64,000 nucleotides of DNA from Eledone cirrhosa (lineage: Eukaryota): positions 4,278,001-4,342,000 of the forward strand of contig OZ024761.1 of NCBI GenBank assembly GCA_964016885.1, given 5' to 3'. Shown one piece after another: positions 1 through 11,573 of this stretch. The notes below the pieces were generated by a model, which had not been told where the DNA came from, searched no databases, and worked only from the letters and a program-made list of their open reading frames with translations. Position 1 is the stretch's first letter; the number at the start of each line of letters is the position of its first letter. The position numbers and the translations under genes were made by a program.

Positions 1-403
1 ATATATATATACGTACATATATAAGTATATATATATATACGTACATATATAAGTATATATATATATATACGTACATATATAAGTATATATATATATACGT
101 ACATATATAAGTATATATATATATATATACGTACATATATAAGTATATATATATATATAAGTATATATACGTACATATATAAGTATATATACGTACATAT
201 ATAAGTATATATACGTACATACATAAGTATATATACGTACATACATATATGTATACGTACATACATATATGTATACAGACGTACAGTAGTATGTATATAC
301 ATACATGCACATATATATATGTACGTATGGGTTTACCGAACATTTATTATAATGCTCGGTTTGTTTGTAAACAAACAGCTCGAATTATATATGTATATAT
401 ATA
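1..403. repeat. TA-rich compound microsatellite (ATATATACGTACATATATAAGT-like unit)
   Basis: Directly visible tandem repeats that decay toward about 330. Confidence 0.9.
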
Positions 404-741
404 TCATCATCATCATCATCGTCATTTTACGTCCGCTTTTCCCTGCTTGCAAGGGTGAGGCGGGAACTGATTCTGGCTTGATTTCTACAGCTGGATGCCC
501 TTCCTAACACCAACCTCATTTACAGTGAGTGCTGGGTGCGTTTTTACCGTGGCACCTCCACGACTACTTTGCAGTGGAATGATATGGACCTCAGTCCCTA
601 TCATCTCATTTCTACAGCTGAGTAAACTGGAGCAATGTGAAATAAAGTGTCTTGCTCAAGGAAACAACACATCACCCAGTCTGAGAATTGAACTCACAAC
701 CTTTCGATTGCAAGGCCAATGCTCTAACCACTAAGCCATGT
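404..741 (-). mobile_element. tRNA-derived CORE-type SINE with RTE-derived 3' tail
   Basis: The minus strand reads tRNA-like head (TGGCTTAGTGG...GTTCAATTC), a CORE-like block (CCTTGAGCAAGACACTT...CAGCTGTAGAAATG), then a tail matching the LINE end at about 3392-3434 and (TGA)n. Near-identical copies occur at 14415, 46392 and 55153. Confidence 0.85.
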
Positions 742-742
742 T

Positions 743-3434
743 TTTTTAACCACGAGCAACTTTTACAAACAACCGCAATGACAGAGGACGGAGACATCGT
801 TATGCTAGCAAGGGACTTCAATGGTCATGTTGGACAGCTCCAGGATGGTTACACTGGGGTACATGGTGGGCGTGGTTACGGCTCAAGAAATGAAGAAGGA
901 GTGAGACTTCTTGAATTTTGTGATGCAAGTACACTGACTATTTGCAACACAAACTTCCAGAAACCTGCCAACCACCTAATAACCTACAAATCTGGCGAGC
1001 ACATAAGCCAGATTGACTTCTTACTAGTTAGGCAGCGGGACAGGCAGATAGTGTCTAATACCAAGGCATACCCTGGGGAAGAATGTACTCCACAGCATAG
1101 GTTAGTCGTTAGTGATATCTCAGTAAGCAAGAGATGGTGGAATGAGACATGCAGGAAGGTGTGGAGAAGAAAGGTCTGGAAGCTAAAAGACCTTTCACTA
1201 AAATACAAATTTAGGAAAGCCCTTCAAGATGTGTATGACGACTTAGAGACATATGACATAGATAATAACTGGAATTTCTCACGTGACAACTTACTGCAGG
1301 CTACTGATGAAACTTGTGGCTAGAGCAGAGCTCCAACCAGACAGAGAGTGACCTGGTGGTGGAACAGCACAGTAGATAAGGCCATTAGAGACAAAAGGCT
1401 TGGAAAAAGGGTGGGAGTAGGGAAGAATATACAGCTGCTAAGAGAGAAGCTAGACGTCAGGTGTACTTAGCACACAGGGAGGCTGAGAGTAGGAGGTTTG
1501 CCAATGTTCTGCGACGGGAAGATCAGAGGCGTGCGGTGTTCCACATTGCAAGGCAGTGTGTCAATGCAACTCAGGATGTTGGAGATAAATGTGTCCGGAT
1601 TGATGCCGGTGTTCTTAGTGTCACGAATGATCAGAAAAAGGAGGCCTGGAAATGTCATTATGAGAGACTGATGAATGTGGAGAGCAAATGGGAGAGAGAG
1701 AAATTACCCTCAGTAGATCCGACAGAGGGACCAGCTTTTGAGATTGACGAATATAGGGTCCAAGAGGCGATTAAGGAAATGAAAAATGGTAAGGCGGCCG
1801 GACCATCGGGAATAGTTGTTGAGATGCTGAAGGCATCAGGGGACGTAGGCACTAAGCTGGTTGCACGCATCATCAATCGGGCTATATATGGTGGTGTCAT
1901 ACCCAAAGACTGGTGCAGCAGTATTCTCATAAATTGCTACAAAGGTAATGGGGTTGCTCTGGAGAGGAGCAATTATAGGGGTATAAAACTGATGGATCAG
2001 GTTATGAAAGTGGCAGAAAGGATATTAGCACAACTAATTAGAGAAAGGGTCAAACTAGATGAGATGCAGTTTGGTTTTGTGCCTGGCAAGAGTTCAACAG
2101 ATGCCCTCTTCTTGGTGAGACAGTTGCAAGAGAGGTTCTTAGAGAAGAATAAGCCACTATACTTAGCCTTTGTTGACCTAGAGAAGGCCTTTGATAGGGT
2201 ACCCTGATCCGTCATCTGGTGGTCCCTAAGGAAACTAGGTGTTGAGGAATGGCTTGTGAGGACAGTGTAAACTTTGTACAGAGGTACTGTCAGTAAAATC
2301 AGGGTAGGAATGGAGTTTAGTGAGGAATTCCAGATACAAGTAGGAGTACATCAAGGTTCGGTCCCCAGCCCGCTCTTGTTCATAACAAGATAAAAACAGG
2401 AGTTTAAGACTGGCTGTCCATGGGAACTTCTCTATGCTGACGATCTGGTTCTTATAGCAGAATCAGTAGAGGAGCTAGAGAATAAATTCTGGCTATGGAA
2501 ACAGCAGTTGGAAGCAAGAGGACTGAGAGTGAACCTAGCTAAGACAAAAGTGTTGATGAGTAGCAAAGAGGACAAAACTCTGATTCCGTCAAGAAAATGG
2601 CCATGTTCGATATGCAGAAAAGGAACTGGCATAAATTCTATAAAATGCACACAATGCAGATCCTGGGTACACAAGAGATGTAGCGGGATAGCAGGCAAAC
2701 TAACAGGTAGGGAGAAATATGTATGCAGTAGATGTACAGGGAAATTAGACAGTAGAAGTCGCATTGATAGACACATTTTTCAAATGCAGGCGGGTGCTAT
2801 AGAAGTGGTGGATAGCTTCCGGTACTTAGGAGATCAGATTAGCATGGGAGGGGGGGGGGGGTGTTCCGAGGCCATAGTATCTAGAATAAGGACGGGTTGG
2901 AAGAAGTTTAGGGAGCTGCTTCCTCTGCTGACGAAGAAGGGTTTCTCCCTGCGCTGCGTACGAAAGGCCGGTTATATGATGCCTGTGTGAAGAGCGCGAT
3001 GCTGCATGGTAGTGAGACATGGGCAGCAACTGCAGAGAATATGAGACGGCTGGAGAGAAATGAGGCAAGCATGCTCCGTTGGATGTGCAGTGTCAATGTG
3101 AGTGAACGACCCAGCATGAATGTGTTGAGAGAGAAACTGTGTCTGAGAGGGATAGAATGTAGTGTACGGGAGAGGAGACTGAGGTGGTATGGATATGTGA
3201 TGCGCATGGAGGATGACCGATGGGTGAAGAAGTGCCAGGAAATGCCAGTTGAAGGAAGACTTGGTAGAGGTAGACCATGAAAAACATGGGTGGAGGTGGT
3301 GAGAGCAGACCTCAGATCGCTGAAGCTCACGGTGGAGATGACGAAGGACCGTGACAAGTGGAGAGATGCTGTGCTGAATAAGATCCGTCGCACCCTTGCG
3401 AGCAGGGAAGAGCGGACGTAAAATGATGATGATG
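743..3434 (+). mobile_element. RTE-clade LINE, 5'-truncated and decayed (APE endonuclease, RT, PHD-like finger)
   Basis: APE motifs DFNGHVG, QIDFLL and QHRLVV. RT motifs QFGFVPG, FVDLEKAFDRV, LYADD, FRYLG and RRLRWYGYV. Ends in (TGA)n. Stops at about 1321, 2205 and 2268 plus frameshifts. Lies upstream of the first TYW1 exon seen here, so probably intronic. Confidence 0.93.
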
Positions 3435-3435
3435 A

Positions 3436-3840
3436 TATATATACTATTGTATTTTCACAGTAAAGGCTTTACCTCACATAATATCTCACATAACATTTAC
3501 ATTACTCTATATATACTATTGTATTTTCACAGTAAAGACTTTACCTCACATAATATCTCACATAACATTTACATTACTCTATATATACTATTGTATTTTC
3601 ACAGTAAAGACTTTACCTCAAATAATATCTCACATAACATTTACATTACTCTATATATACTATTGTATTTTCACAGTAAAGGCTTTACCTCACATAATAT
3701 CTCACATAACTCTATATATACTATTGTATTTTCACAGTAACGGCTTTACTTTACATAATATCTCACATAACATTTACATTACTCTATATATACTATTGTA
3801 TTTTCACAGTAAAGGCTTTATCTCACATAATATCTCACTT
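3436..3840 (+). repeat. 72-bp minisatellite (about 5.5 units), MITE-derived
   Basis: Unit ATATATACTATTGTATTTTCACAGTAAAGGCTTTACCTCACATAATATCTCACATAACATTTACATTACTCT. Confidence 0.92.
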
Positions 3841-3904
3841 TATTTCACTGGAAATATGACCATGAAATAGTTAACATTTTGTATGATTGGTTTTGTTTTA
3901 TTAG

Positions 3905-4048
3905 GAACTTGTGGAGACCTCTAGTGATGAGGAAGAAGAAGACACAGGCAGTTTAGAGGGCCAAGGGCCGTTATCTGTTCGTCAGTCTAATGGATTAGTT
4001 GACCTTGAAGATCTTGGTAAAGTAATGGTGAATGTCAAAAAAACGAAG
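3905..4048 (+). CDS. TYW1: TYW1 internal exon (acidic linker ELVETSSDEEEE...LVDLEDLGKVMVNVKKTK)
   Basis: ttag acceptor, AAG|gtgagt donor, 144 nt, phase 0-0. Resembles the ESSSEEE...VDVEDLGKIM linker of vertebrate TYW1. Not in the ORF track. Confidence 0.85.
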
Positions 4049-4062
4049 GTGAGTCTTTTGTC

Positions 4063-5632
4063 AGGAGCATAATCTAGTGGTGAGGGTGTTGGACACTGGA
4101 CTATAAAGTTGTGTGTTCAACTCCATCATTGGACAGTGTGTTGTGTTCTGGAGCAGACAATTTATTTCACATTGGTTTTTATGCTAGATCTGCGGGGAGC
4201 CCCATCATTAAAACACCCCAGAAACCTCTTATAAGGTACATCCTTGTAGCAGACCAGCTAAACCTACATATGTGTGAGCTGTAACAATATGATAGGACTG
4301 GGGTCCCCTATCATTAAAACACCCAAGAAACATCCTACCAGTTACAACCTTGATGGAGGCCAGCTAAACCTACATAGGTGTGAGCTATAATAACATTATA
4401 GGATTGGAGCCCCTGTCATTAAAACTCCCAAGAAACCTCTTATAAGGTACATCCTTGTAGGAGGTCAGTTAAACCTGTAGAACTGTTAGTTGTAATACTA
4501 ACATCTTAATAGGACTAGAGCCTGTATCATTGAAACACCTGAGAAACCTCCTATGAGATACAACCTGGTAGGAGGCAAGGTAACTCTACATAGGTGTGAG
4601 CTGTAACAACATAAGACTGTGGGCCCCTATCATTAAAACACAAGGAACTTCCTGTGTGATACAACCTGGTAGGAGGCCTGTTAAACCTACATAGGTGTGA
4701 GCTGTAACATGATAAGACTGGGGTCCCCTATCATTAAAACATCTAAGAAACCTATGAAATACAACCCTGTAGGAGGCCAGTTAAACCTACATAGGTGTGA
4801 GCTGTAACATGATAAGACTGGGGTCCCCTATCATTAAAACACCCAAGAAACCTCCTATGAAATACAACCCTGTAGGAGGCCAGTTAAACCTACATAGGTG
4901 TGAGCTGTAACATGATAAGACTGGGGTCCCCTATCATTAAAACACCCAAGAAACCTCCTATGAAATACAACCCTGTAGGAGGCCAGTTAAACCTACATAG
5001 GTGTGAGCTGTAACATGATAAGACTGGGGTCCCCTATCATTAAGACACCCAAGAAACCTCCTATGAAATACAACCCTGTAGGAGGCCAGTTAAACCTACA
5101 TAGGTGTGAGCTGTAACATGATAAGACTGGGGTCCCCTATCATTAAGACACCCAAGAAACCTCCTATGAAATACAACCCTGTAGGAGGCCAGTTAAACCT
5201 ACATAGGTGTGAGCTGTAACATGATAAGACTGGGGTCCCCTATCATTAAGACACCCAAGAAACCTCCTATGAAATACAACCCTGTAGGAGGCCAGTTAAA
5301 CCTACATAGGTGTGAGCTGTAACATGATAAGACTGGGGTCCCCTATCATTAAAACACCCAAGAAACCTCCTATGAAATACAACCCTGTAGGAGGCCAGTT
5401 AAACCTACATAGGTGTGAGCTGTAACATGATAAGACTGGGGTCCCCTATCATTAAGACACCCAAGAAACCTCCTATGAAATACAACCCTGTAGGAGGCCA
5501 GTTAAACCTACATAGGTGTGAGCTGTAACATGATAAGACTGGGGTCCCCTATCATTAAGACACCCAAGAAACCTCCTATGAAATACAACCCTGTAGGAGG
5601 CCAGTTAAACCTACATAGGTGTGAGCTGTAGT
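4063..5632 (+). repeat. Degenerate SINE head followed by a 103-bp tandem array (about 14 units)
   Basis: tRNA/CORE-like head at about 4063-4175 and 103-bp period from about 4195 to 5630. A single related unit lies in the SINE-like sequence at about 18640-18890. Confidence 0.85.
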
Positions 5633-5800
5633 AACAAGTCTGCAGATGGATGAGAGAATGGAATGGCTGCTTGTTGTGGCAACCTATAGATTCACGTTGG
5701 CTGCAGAGGGAATTCTTTAACCATATAGCCATGTCTAATCACGGTACACAATAGGGAGTCGATGCTGTGATTTTCTTTATGTGAGTATCTATAATATTAG

Positions 5801-6035
5801 GAAGGTGTGTGGCTACGTAGAGTGTTCGGCACACAATCGTAAAGTTATGAGTTTGATTCCCGAGTCGGGCGATGCATTGTTTCCTTGAGCAAGATACTTT
5901 ATTTCACTTTACTCCAGTCCACTCAGCTGGAAAAAATTAAGTTGTAACTGTAACTCAATGGCCCAGCCATGTCATACTGAATCTCCCTGAGAACTATGTT
6001 AAAGTTACCCATGTCTGTGGAATACTCAGCCACTT
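5801..6035 (+). mobile_element. CORE-type tRNA SINE (different body)
   Basis: tRNA-like head plus CCTTGAGCAAGATACTTTATTTCAC...CCACTCAGCTGG. Confidence 0.7.
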
Positions 6036-6060
6036 GAATATTTTAAATCTTCTTCAACAG

Positions 6061-6222
6061 GTAAAACCACAGATGAATGGTTACACCGTTTTGACAAACA
6101 AACAAACCAAGAATGAGGAACCTAAACCAATGATTACCGAAATTTTCAAGAAATCCCTGGAAAAACAGGGCTACAGTCTAATTGGAACACACTCAGGTGT
6201 TAAACTGTGTCGATGGACAAAG
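6061..6222 (+). CDS. TYW1: TYW1 exon (VKPQMNG...KQGYSLIGTHSGVKLCRWTK)
   Basis: caacag acceptor, AAG|gtatgt donor, 162 nt, phase 0-0. Contains the conserved GY.LIG.HSGVK.CRWTK motif. Confidence 0.95.
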
Positions 6223-6415
6223 GTATGTACTTGAAATGAAACCTTGATCACTGATAGACCGGACTCTGGTCATTTATTGTTAACTCTTTCTTGTCAACTT
6301 ATATTCTATTTCAACTCAGATAGTATCAGTGATGGAATCATTGTTCCCTTGGTGTGAATTAACAAAAATAAAAATATCTGTATAAGCCAATCTCTCTCAA
6401 CCTCCAATATTTCAG

Positions 6416-6534
6416 TCGATGTTACGAGGTCGTGGTGGCTGCTACAAACACACCTTCTATGGTATTGAGAGCCACCGTTGTATGGAGACTACCCCCAGTT
6501 TAGCCTGTGCCAACAAATGTGTCTTCTGCTGGAG
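6416..6534 (+). CDS. TYW1: TYW1 exon with the radical-SAM CxxxCxxC motif ([40 protein letters not shown])
   Basis: ttcag acceptor, AG|gtatgt donor, 119 nt, phase 0-2. Confidence 0.97.
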
Positions 6535-6942
6535 GTATGTCACACATCTTTCGTTGTATTTCCAACATAATTCTTTATCCAGCTGTAACAACGTAGGGAG
6601 GATTCTTGTAATGGTTGCTGTGAGAAAGGGCAACCAAGGACCTCACAACCTCCTTAGTGCTGGTGCTATGATATACTGCACCCAGTACACTGCACCCAGA
6701 ATACTCTACCCCCAGTAAACTCTGCACCCATTGCTTGGTGTGTTTCTGTGATGTTGAATTTATGGAGTTAAGACAATGTTGTCATTTAACATCTGTTTCC
6801 CCCCAGCGGGGGTTACAGAGGTCCCCCCGGATGAAGTCCTCAATCAGGACACACAATTTGTTTACATATATTTCTTCACATTCTGCAGTGTGCACCATTA
6901 CTAGGGAGGTTGCCATGTCTTTTATACAATTAAATACTTTAA

Positions 6943-7151
6943 CCCTTTAGCATTTAAACTGGCCATATCTGGCCAGAATTCTCTCACCTCTTTCTATTCA
7001 AACCGGCCGTAACTGGCCGCTCATGCTGATGTTAAAGTATTGCTCTCAAAATAAATAATATAAAACCTTGTAGATTCCATGTTATGTGTAATATTATGTG
7101 AGGTAAAGCCCTTAACAATAGTATATATAGCGTAATGTAAATGTTAAAGGG
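6943..7151. mobile_element. TTAA-flanked MITE (piggyBac-like ends)
   Basis: TTAA|CCCTTTAGCATTT ... AAATGTTAAAGGG|TTAA. Relatives at 15862-16123, 17799-18199 and about 14810-14971. Confidence 0.8.
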
Positions 7152-7351
7152 TTAAGAAGAGAAATTTCCTTTGAGGACTGATCACGCTTAAACAACATTA
7201 TGATGTCACATTCTCTTGTGCCAGAAACTTATTTGTCCTCAATAGACAGATCAAAGCTTTATTAATATAAAGAGTGGTGTGTTCATGTGCAGGGATGCTA
7301 TAAAATAGGGTGAAGACCCTTAGAGATAGAGAAGGAAGTTGCCATCTTCAA

Positions 7352-9168
7352 CCCTTTAACATTTACATTACTCTATATATACTATTGTATTTTCACAGTA
7401 AAGGCTTTACCTCACATAATATCTCACATAACATTTATATTACTCTATATATACTATTGTATTTTCACAGTAAAGGCTTTACCTCACATAATATCTCACA
7501 TAACATTTACATTACTCTATATATACTATTATATTTTCACAGTAAAGACTTTACCTCACATATTATCTCACATAACATTTACATTACTCTATATATACTA
7601 TTGTATTTTCACAGTAAAGGCTTTACCTCACATAATATCTCACATAACATTTATATTACTCTATATATACTATTGTATTTTCACAGTAAAGGCTTTACCT
7701 CACATAATATCTCACATAACATTTACATTACTCTATATATACTACTAGCAGTAAAGCCCGGCGTTGCTTGGGGTCGCTCAGTAGCTGTGTTAAAGTTACA
7801 ATGTTAAGTTTCTTTTTTGGCTTAAAAACTGTAGTGTCTACTGTGCAGACTTGCATGTGGTGTTTTTGATTAATATTCCCTCAACCAACAATATGCCTTA
7901 TGAAGTTAAGAAAACATAACGATAACCCGAATGTTATAACAAAAGAGGATGCTGGGGATAAAAACTGCACTGGTTATTTATTAACAAAGATCGAAAATGT
8001 AAACACTGCAACGCAGAGAAAAACATTAGCGTAACCAAATTATCAGTTATGTCTGTCTGCACGCCTATATCACCTCTCTGCACGACTGTCTGTCTGCACG
8101 CCTATATCACCTCTCTGCACGACTGTCTGTCTGCACGCGTATATCACCTCTCTGCACGACTGTCTGTCTGCACGCCTAACGACGAAATATTTTCTTGTTT
8201 TACGTAGTCTTTAAATAGACTTGTTTTCAAGTAAAAATATTGTTTTAAAATGCTTTTAAATGGAAGCTTAGTGTTCGAACTGATGAATTTTGCAGGTCAA
8301 TATTTTGCTGGCTCGATTTTAAACGCTGAGAAAGCCAGTGTAATTTTTTACGTAAGACGCTCAATGTAAACAGAACAAAGGGAAATAACTGATAACTTAC
8401 GCTCAAAAATCGATACATTATATTCGATTTCGTCACATAGGGCGGGTCAATTTGAAATATTTTTTTTTCCGATGTCTTCGCTAGGGCTCAATGTACAAGT
8501 ATAGTAATTTCGGTGCAATTCCGTGAGAGATTCTAAGAGGAGATGTGTGCCAAAAATCGATAGACAGACAGACAACCACAGTTTTATATATATAGATTGT
8601 ATTTTCACAGTAAAGGCTTTACCTCACATAATATCTCACATAACATTTACATTACTCTATATATACTATTGTATTTTCACAGTAAAGACTTTACCTCACA
8701 TATTATCTCATAACATTTACATTACTCTATATATACTATCGTATTTTCACGGTAAAGGCTTTATCTCAGATAATATCTCACAACATTTACATTACTCTAT
8801 ATATACTATTGTATTTTCACAGTAAAGGCTTCACCTCACATAATATCTCACATAACATTTACATTACTCTATATATACTATTGTAATTTTCACAGTAAAG
8901 GCTTTACCTCACATAACATTTACATTACACTATATATACTATTGTATTTTCACAGTAAACACTTTACCTCACATAATATCTCACATAACATTTACATTAC
9001 TCTATATATACTATTGTATTTTCACAGTAAAGGCTTTACCTCACATAATATCTCACATAACATTTATATTACTCTATATATACTATTGTATTTTCACAGT
9101 AAAGGCTTTACCTCACATAATATCTTACATAACATTTACATTACTCTATATATACTATTGTATTTTCA
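7352..9168 (+). repeat. 72-bp minisatellite array starting at a MITE terminus, interrupted by a Helitron
   Basis: Starts CCCTTTAACATTT. Units run 7358-7744 and 8597-9168. Confidence 0.9.
7745..8596 (-). mobile_element. Non-autonomous Helitron
   Basis: The minus strand starts TC and ends ...CCCCAAGCAACGCCGGGCTTTACTGCTAG (subterminal hairpin remnant plus CTAG). It is inserted between A and T of a repeat unit (ACTA|TTGT) with no TSD. Internal 37-bp tandem repeat at about 8050-8177. Confidence 0.88.
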
Positions 9169-9222
9169 CCCTGGCAACAATTATTTCAATGCAATCTCTG
9201 CCCTTGTTTTATTCTCTCTCAG

Positions 9223-9332
9223 GCATCATACAAACCCTGTTGGGACGGAATGGCGCTGGTTGATGGATGACCCCGAATATATCTTCAATGGTGCTTTGGC
9301 CAGCCACAAAAAGATGATCAAACAGTTTAGAG
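9223..9332 (+). CDS. TYW1: TYW1 exon (HHTNPVGTEWRWLMDDPEYIFNGALASHKKMIKQFR)
   Basis: ctctctcag acceptor, G|gtagga donor, 110 nt, phase 2-1. Confidence 0.96.
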
Positions 9333-9385
9333 GTAGGAGGAACTTACAAGTTACACTCCACTTAGACTGGAGTAAGGGTTGCCAT

Positions 9386-9675
9386 GATTGGCTGTTGACA
9401 GTGAGTAATAGGTCACACTTCACTCACACTCCACATTGGCTGTCGACAGTAAGTAATAGGTCACACTTCACTCACACTCCACATTGGCTCTCGACAGTGA
9501 GTAATAGGTGACACTTCACTCACACTCCACATTGGCTCTCGACAGTGAGTAATAGGTGACACTTCACTCACACTCCACATTGGCTGTCGACAGTGAGTAA
9601 TAGGTCACACTTCACTCACACTCCACATTGGCTGTCGACAGTAAGTCATAGGTTACACTTCATTCACACTCCACA
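9386..9675 (+). repeat. 48-bp minisatellite (about 6 units)
   Basis: Unit CCACATTGGCTGTCGACAGTRAGTAATAGGTCACACTTCACTCACACT. Confidence 0.9.
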
Positions 9676-9706
9676 AATTGTAAATAATATATAATAAATT
9701 GTTATC

Positions 9707-9850
9707 CATCATCATCATTTTATGTCCGCTTTTCCCTGCTTGGATGGGTCTTATTCAGCATCTCTCCACTTGTCACGGTCCTTCGTCATCTCCTCCGTGA
9801 GTTTCAGTGATCTGAGGTCCGCTCTCATCACCTCCGCCCATGTTTTTCAT
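9707..9850 (-). mobile_element. RTE 3'-end fragment
   Basis: Reverse complement of about 3280-3434, including the (TGA)n tail. Confidence 0.75.
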
Positions 9851-10261
9851 ACATATCATCATCATCATTAATTTATATATAAATAAATATATATTTTATA
9901 TTTTACTCTCTATATAATATGTATCATTTGATATTTAATATACTATTATATTATCTCTACTGCCCCCTTAGGCCCCAGCACCCCTGGACCTTCTCAACAT
10001 CCCCTGAGGGGCAGTCCACTTTAAGAACTTCTGGTATATACTGTTCATCTTCATCAAACATCTTAACTCTAGGATGTATTGTTTGTGGGACATAACTGTT
10101 GTCACAAGTTTTAACCTCTTCAGTGCCATGGAGGAGATAACTCATCCTAACATGTTCCAACTCCTTTCCAACAGTTCATAGCTTCACAGCTAGAGGGGGT
10201 TACTAGTTTATAGATGTGACATTTGTCAATCAAAATAGTCATTCTACTGAAACAAAAACCC

Positions 10262-10816
10262 TGCACAGCAACTTTAGCTGTGTAAAATATACACAGCAGT
10301 CAACACAGCACCTGTAGCTGTGTAAAATATACATGGCAGTCAACACAGCAACTTTAGCTGTGTAATATATACACAGCAGTCAACACAGCAACTTTAGCTG
10401 TGTAATATATATACAGCAGTCAACACAGCAACTTTAGCTGTGTAAAATATACACGGCAGTCAACACAGCAACTTTAGCTGTGTAAAATATACATGGCAGT
10501 CAACACAGCAACTGTAGCTGTGTAAAATATACACGGCAGTCAACACAGCAACTTTAGCTGTGTAATATATACACAGCAGTCAACACAGCACCTGTAGCTG
10601 TGTAATATATACACAGCAGTCAACACAGCAGCTGTAGCTGTGTAAAATATACACAGCAGTCAACACAGCAACTGTAGCTGTGTAAAATATACACAGCAGT
10701 CAACACAGCAACTGTAGCTGTATAAAATATACACAGCAGTCAACACAGCAACTGTAGCTGTATAAAATATACACAGCAGTCAACACAGCAACTGTAGCTG
10801 TGTAAAATATACACAG
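10262..10816. repeat. 40-bp minisatellite (about 14 units) with an internal palindrome
   Basis: Unit ACACAGCAACTKTAGCTGTGTAAWATATACACAGCAGTCA. Confidence 0.92.
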
Positions 10817-11207
10817 AGATGTGCAACACACACATATACACATATAACTGAATTTAAGTGCATGATGGTCTGTGTTTATGTGTATGGGTATATATGTTTT
10901 ATAAATCTGTTTAAATGTATGATGTATCAGTGTGTGTGTAAGTGGTTTGTGTGTTGCAGTTACCATATTTGCTGGCCTATTGTATTAGTAATACTAAATG
11001 ATATTGTATTACTGTATTAGTAATACTAACAGTAATAGAAACTAACATTTTAAACCATGACTGTTGGTCTCCCTCTGTTGGTCTCCCATTGGTGATGTGG
11101 TTGTGTTGGACACGGGAGAAACTAATGTGACCAATAGTCTGACAAATACAGTATTTTAGTTTGTCTTTGTCCATCATCTCTGCAAAGCCCTATTTTGTCT
11201 ACCCTAG

Positions 11208-11385
11208 GTGTACCTGGAGTGTTACCTGAACGTTTTAATGAAGGTATGTCCCCGAAGCACTGCGCCCTATCATTAGTCGGAGAACCAATCATGTATCCTG
11301 AAATCAATAAATTTATTGATCTTTTACACAATCAGGCTATCTCAACATTCCTTGTGACCAACGCTCAGTTTCCAGATGCAATACA
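11208..11385 (+). CDS. TYW1: TYW1 exon (GVPGVLPERF...HCALSLVGEPIMYP...FLVTNAQFPDAI)
   Basis: cctag acceptor, CA|gtaagt donor, 178 nt, phase 1-2. Confidence 0.97.
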
Positions 11386-11573
11386 GTAAGTATTTGTTGA
11401 TGTTGTTTGGCCCCTGATCAGCCCTGTGTGAGAAGGGCTTCCATCCTGTATTATATACACTATCCAAAGTGTCTTCTATTCTTTGTTATTTAGCCCCAGG
11501 ATAGCCAGGAGTCACACGTCTGATCAAATGCTGTTCAGTTGTTACCTTCACAACATTTATTCAGGCATAGTGT

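Noticed and set aside
743-3434. Active LINE
   Set aside because: It is 5'-truncated with several stops and frameshifts.
6058-6066. CAG|GTAAAA recursive-splice-like junction
   Set aside because: The downstream sequence is a required conserved coding exon, and AG|GT is common at exon starts.
7310-7807. ORFs with 24-aa repeats (also 3396-3740 and the 5' part of 8942-9511)
   Set aside because: They are translations of the intronic 72-bp minisatellite.
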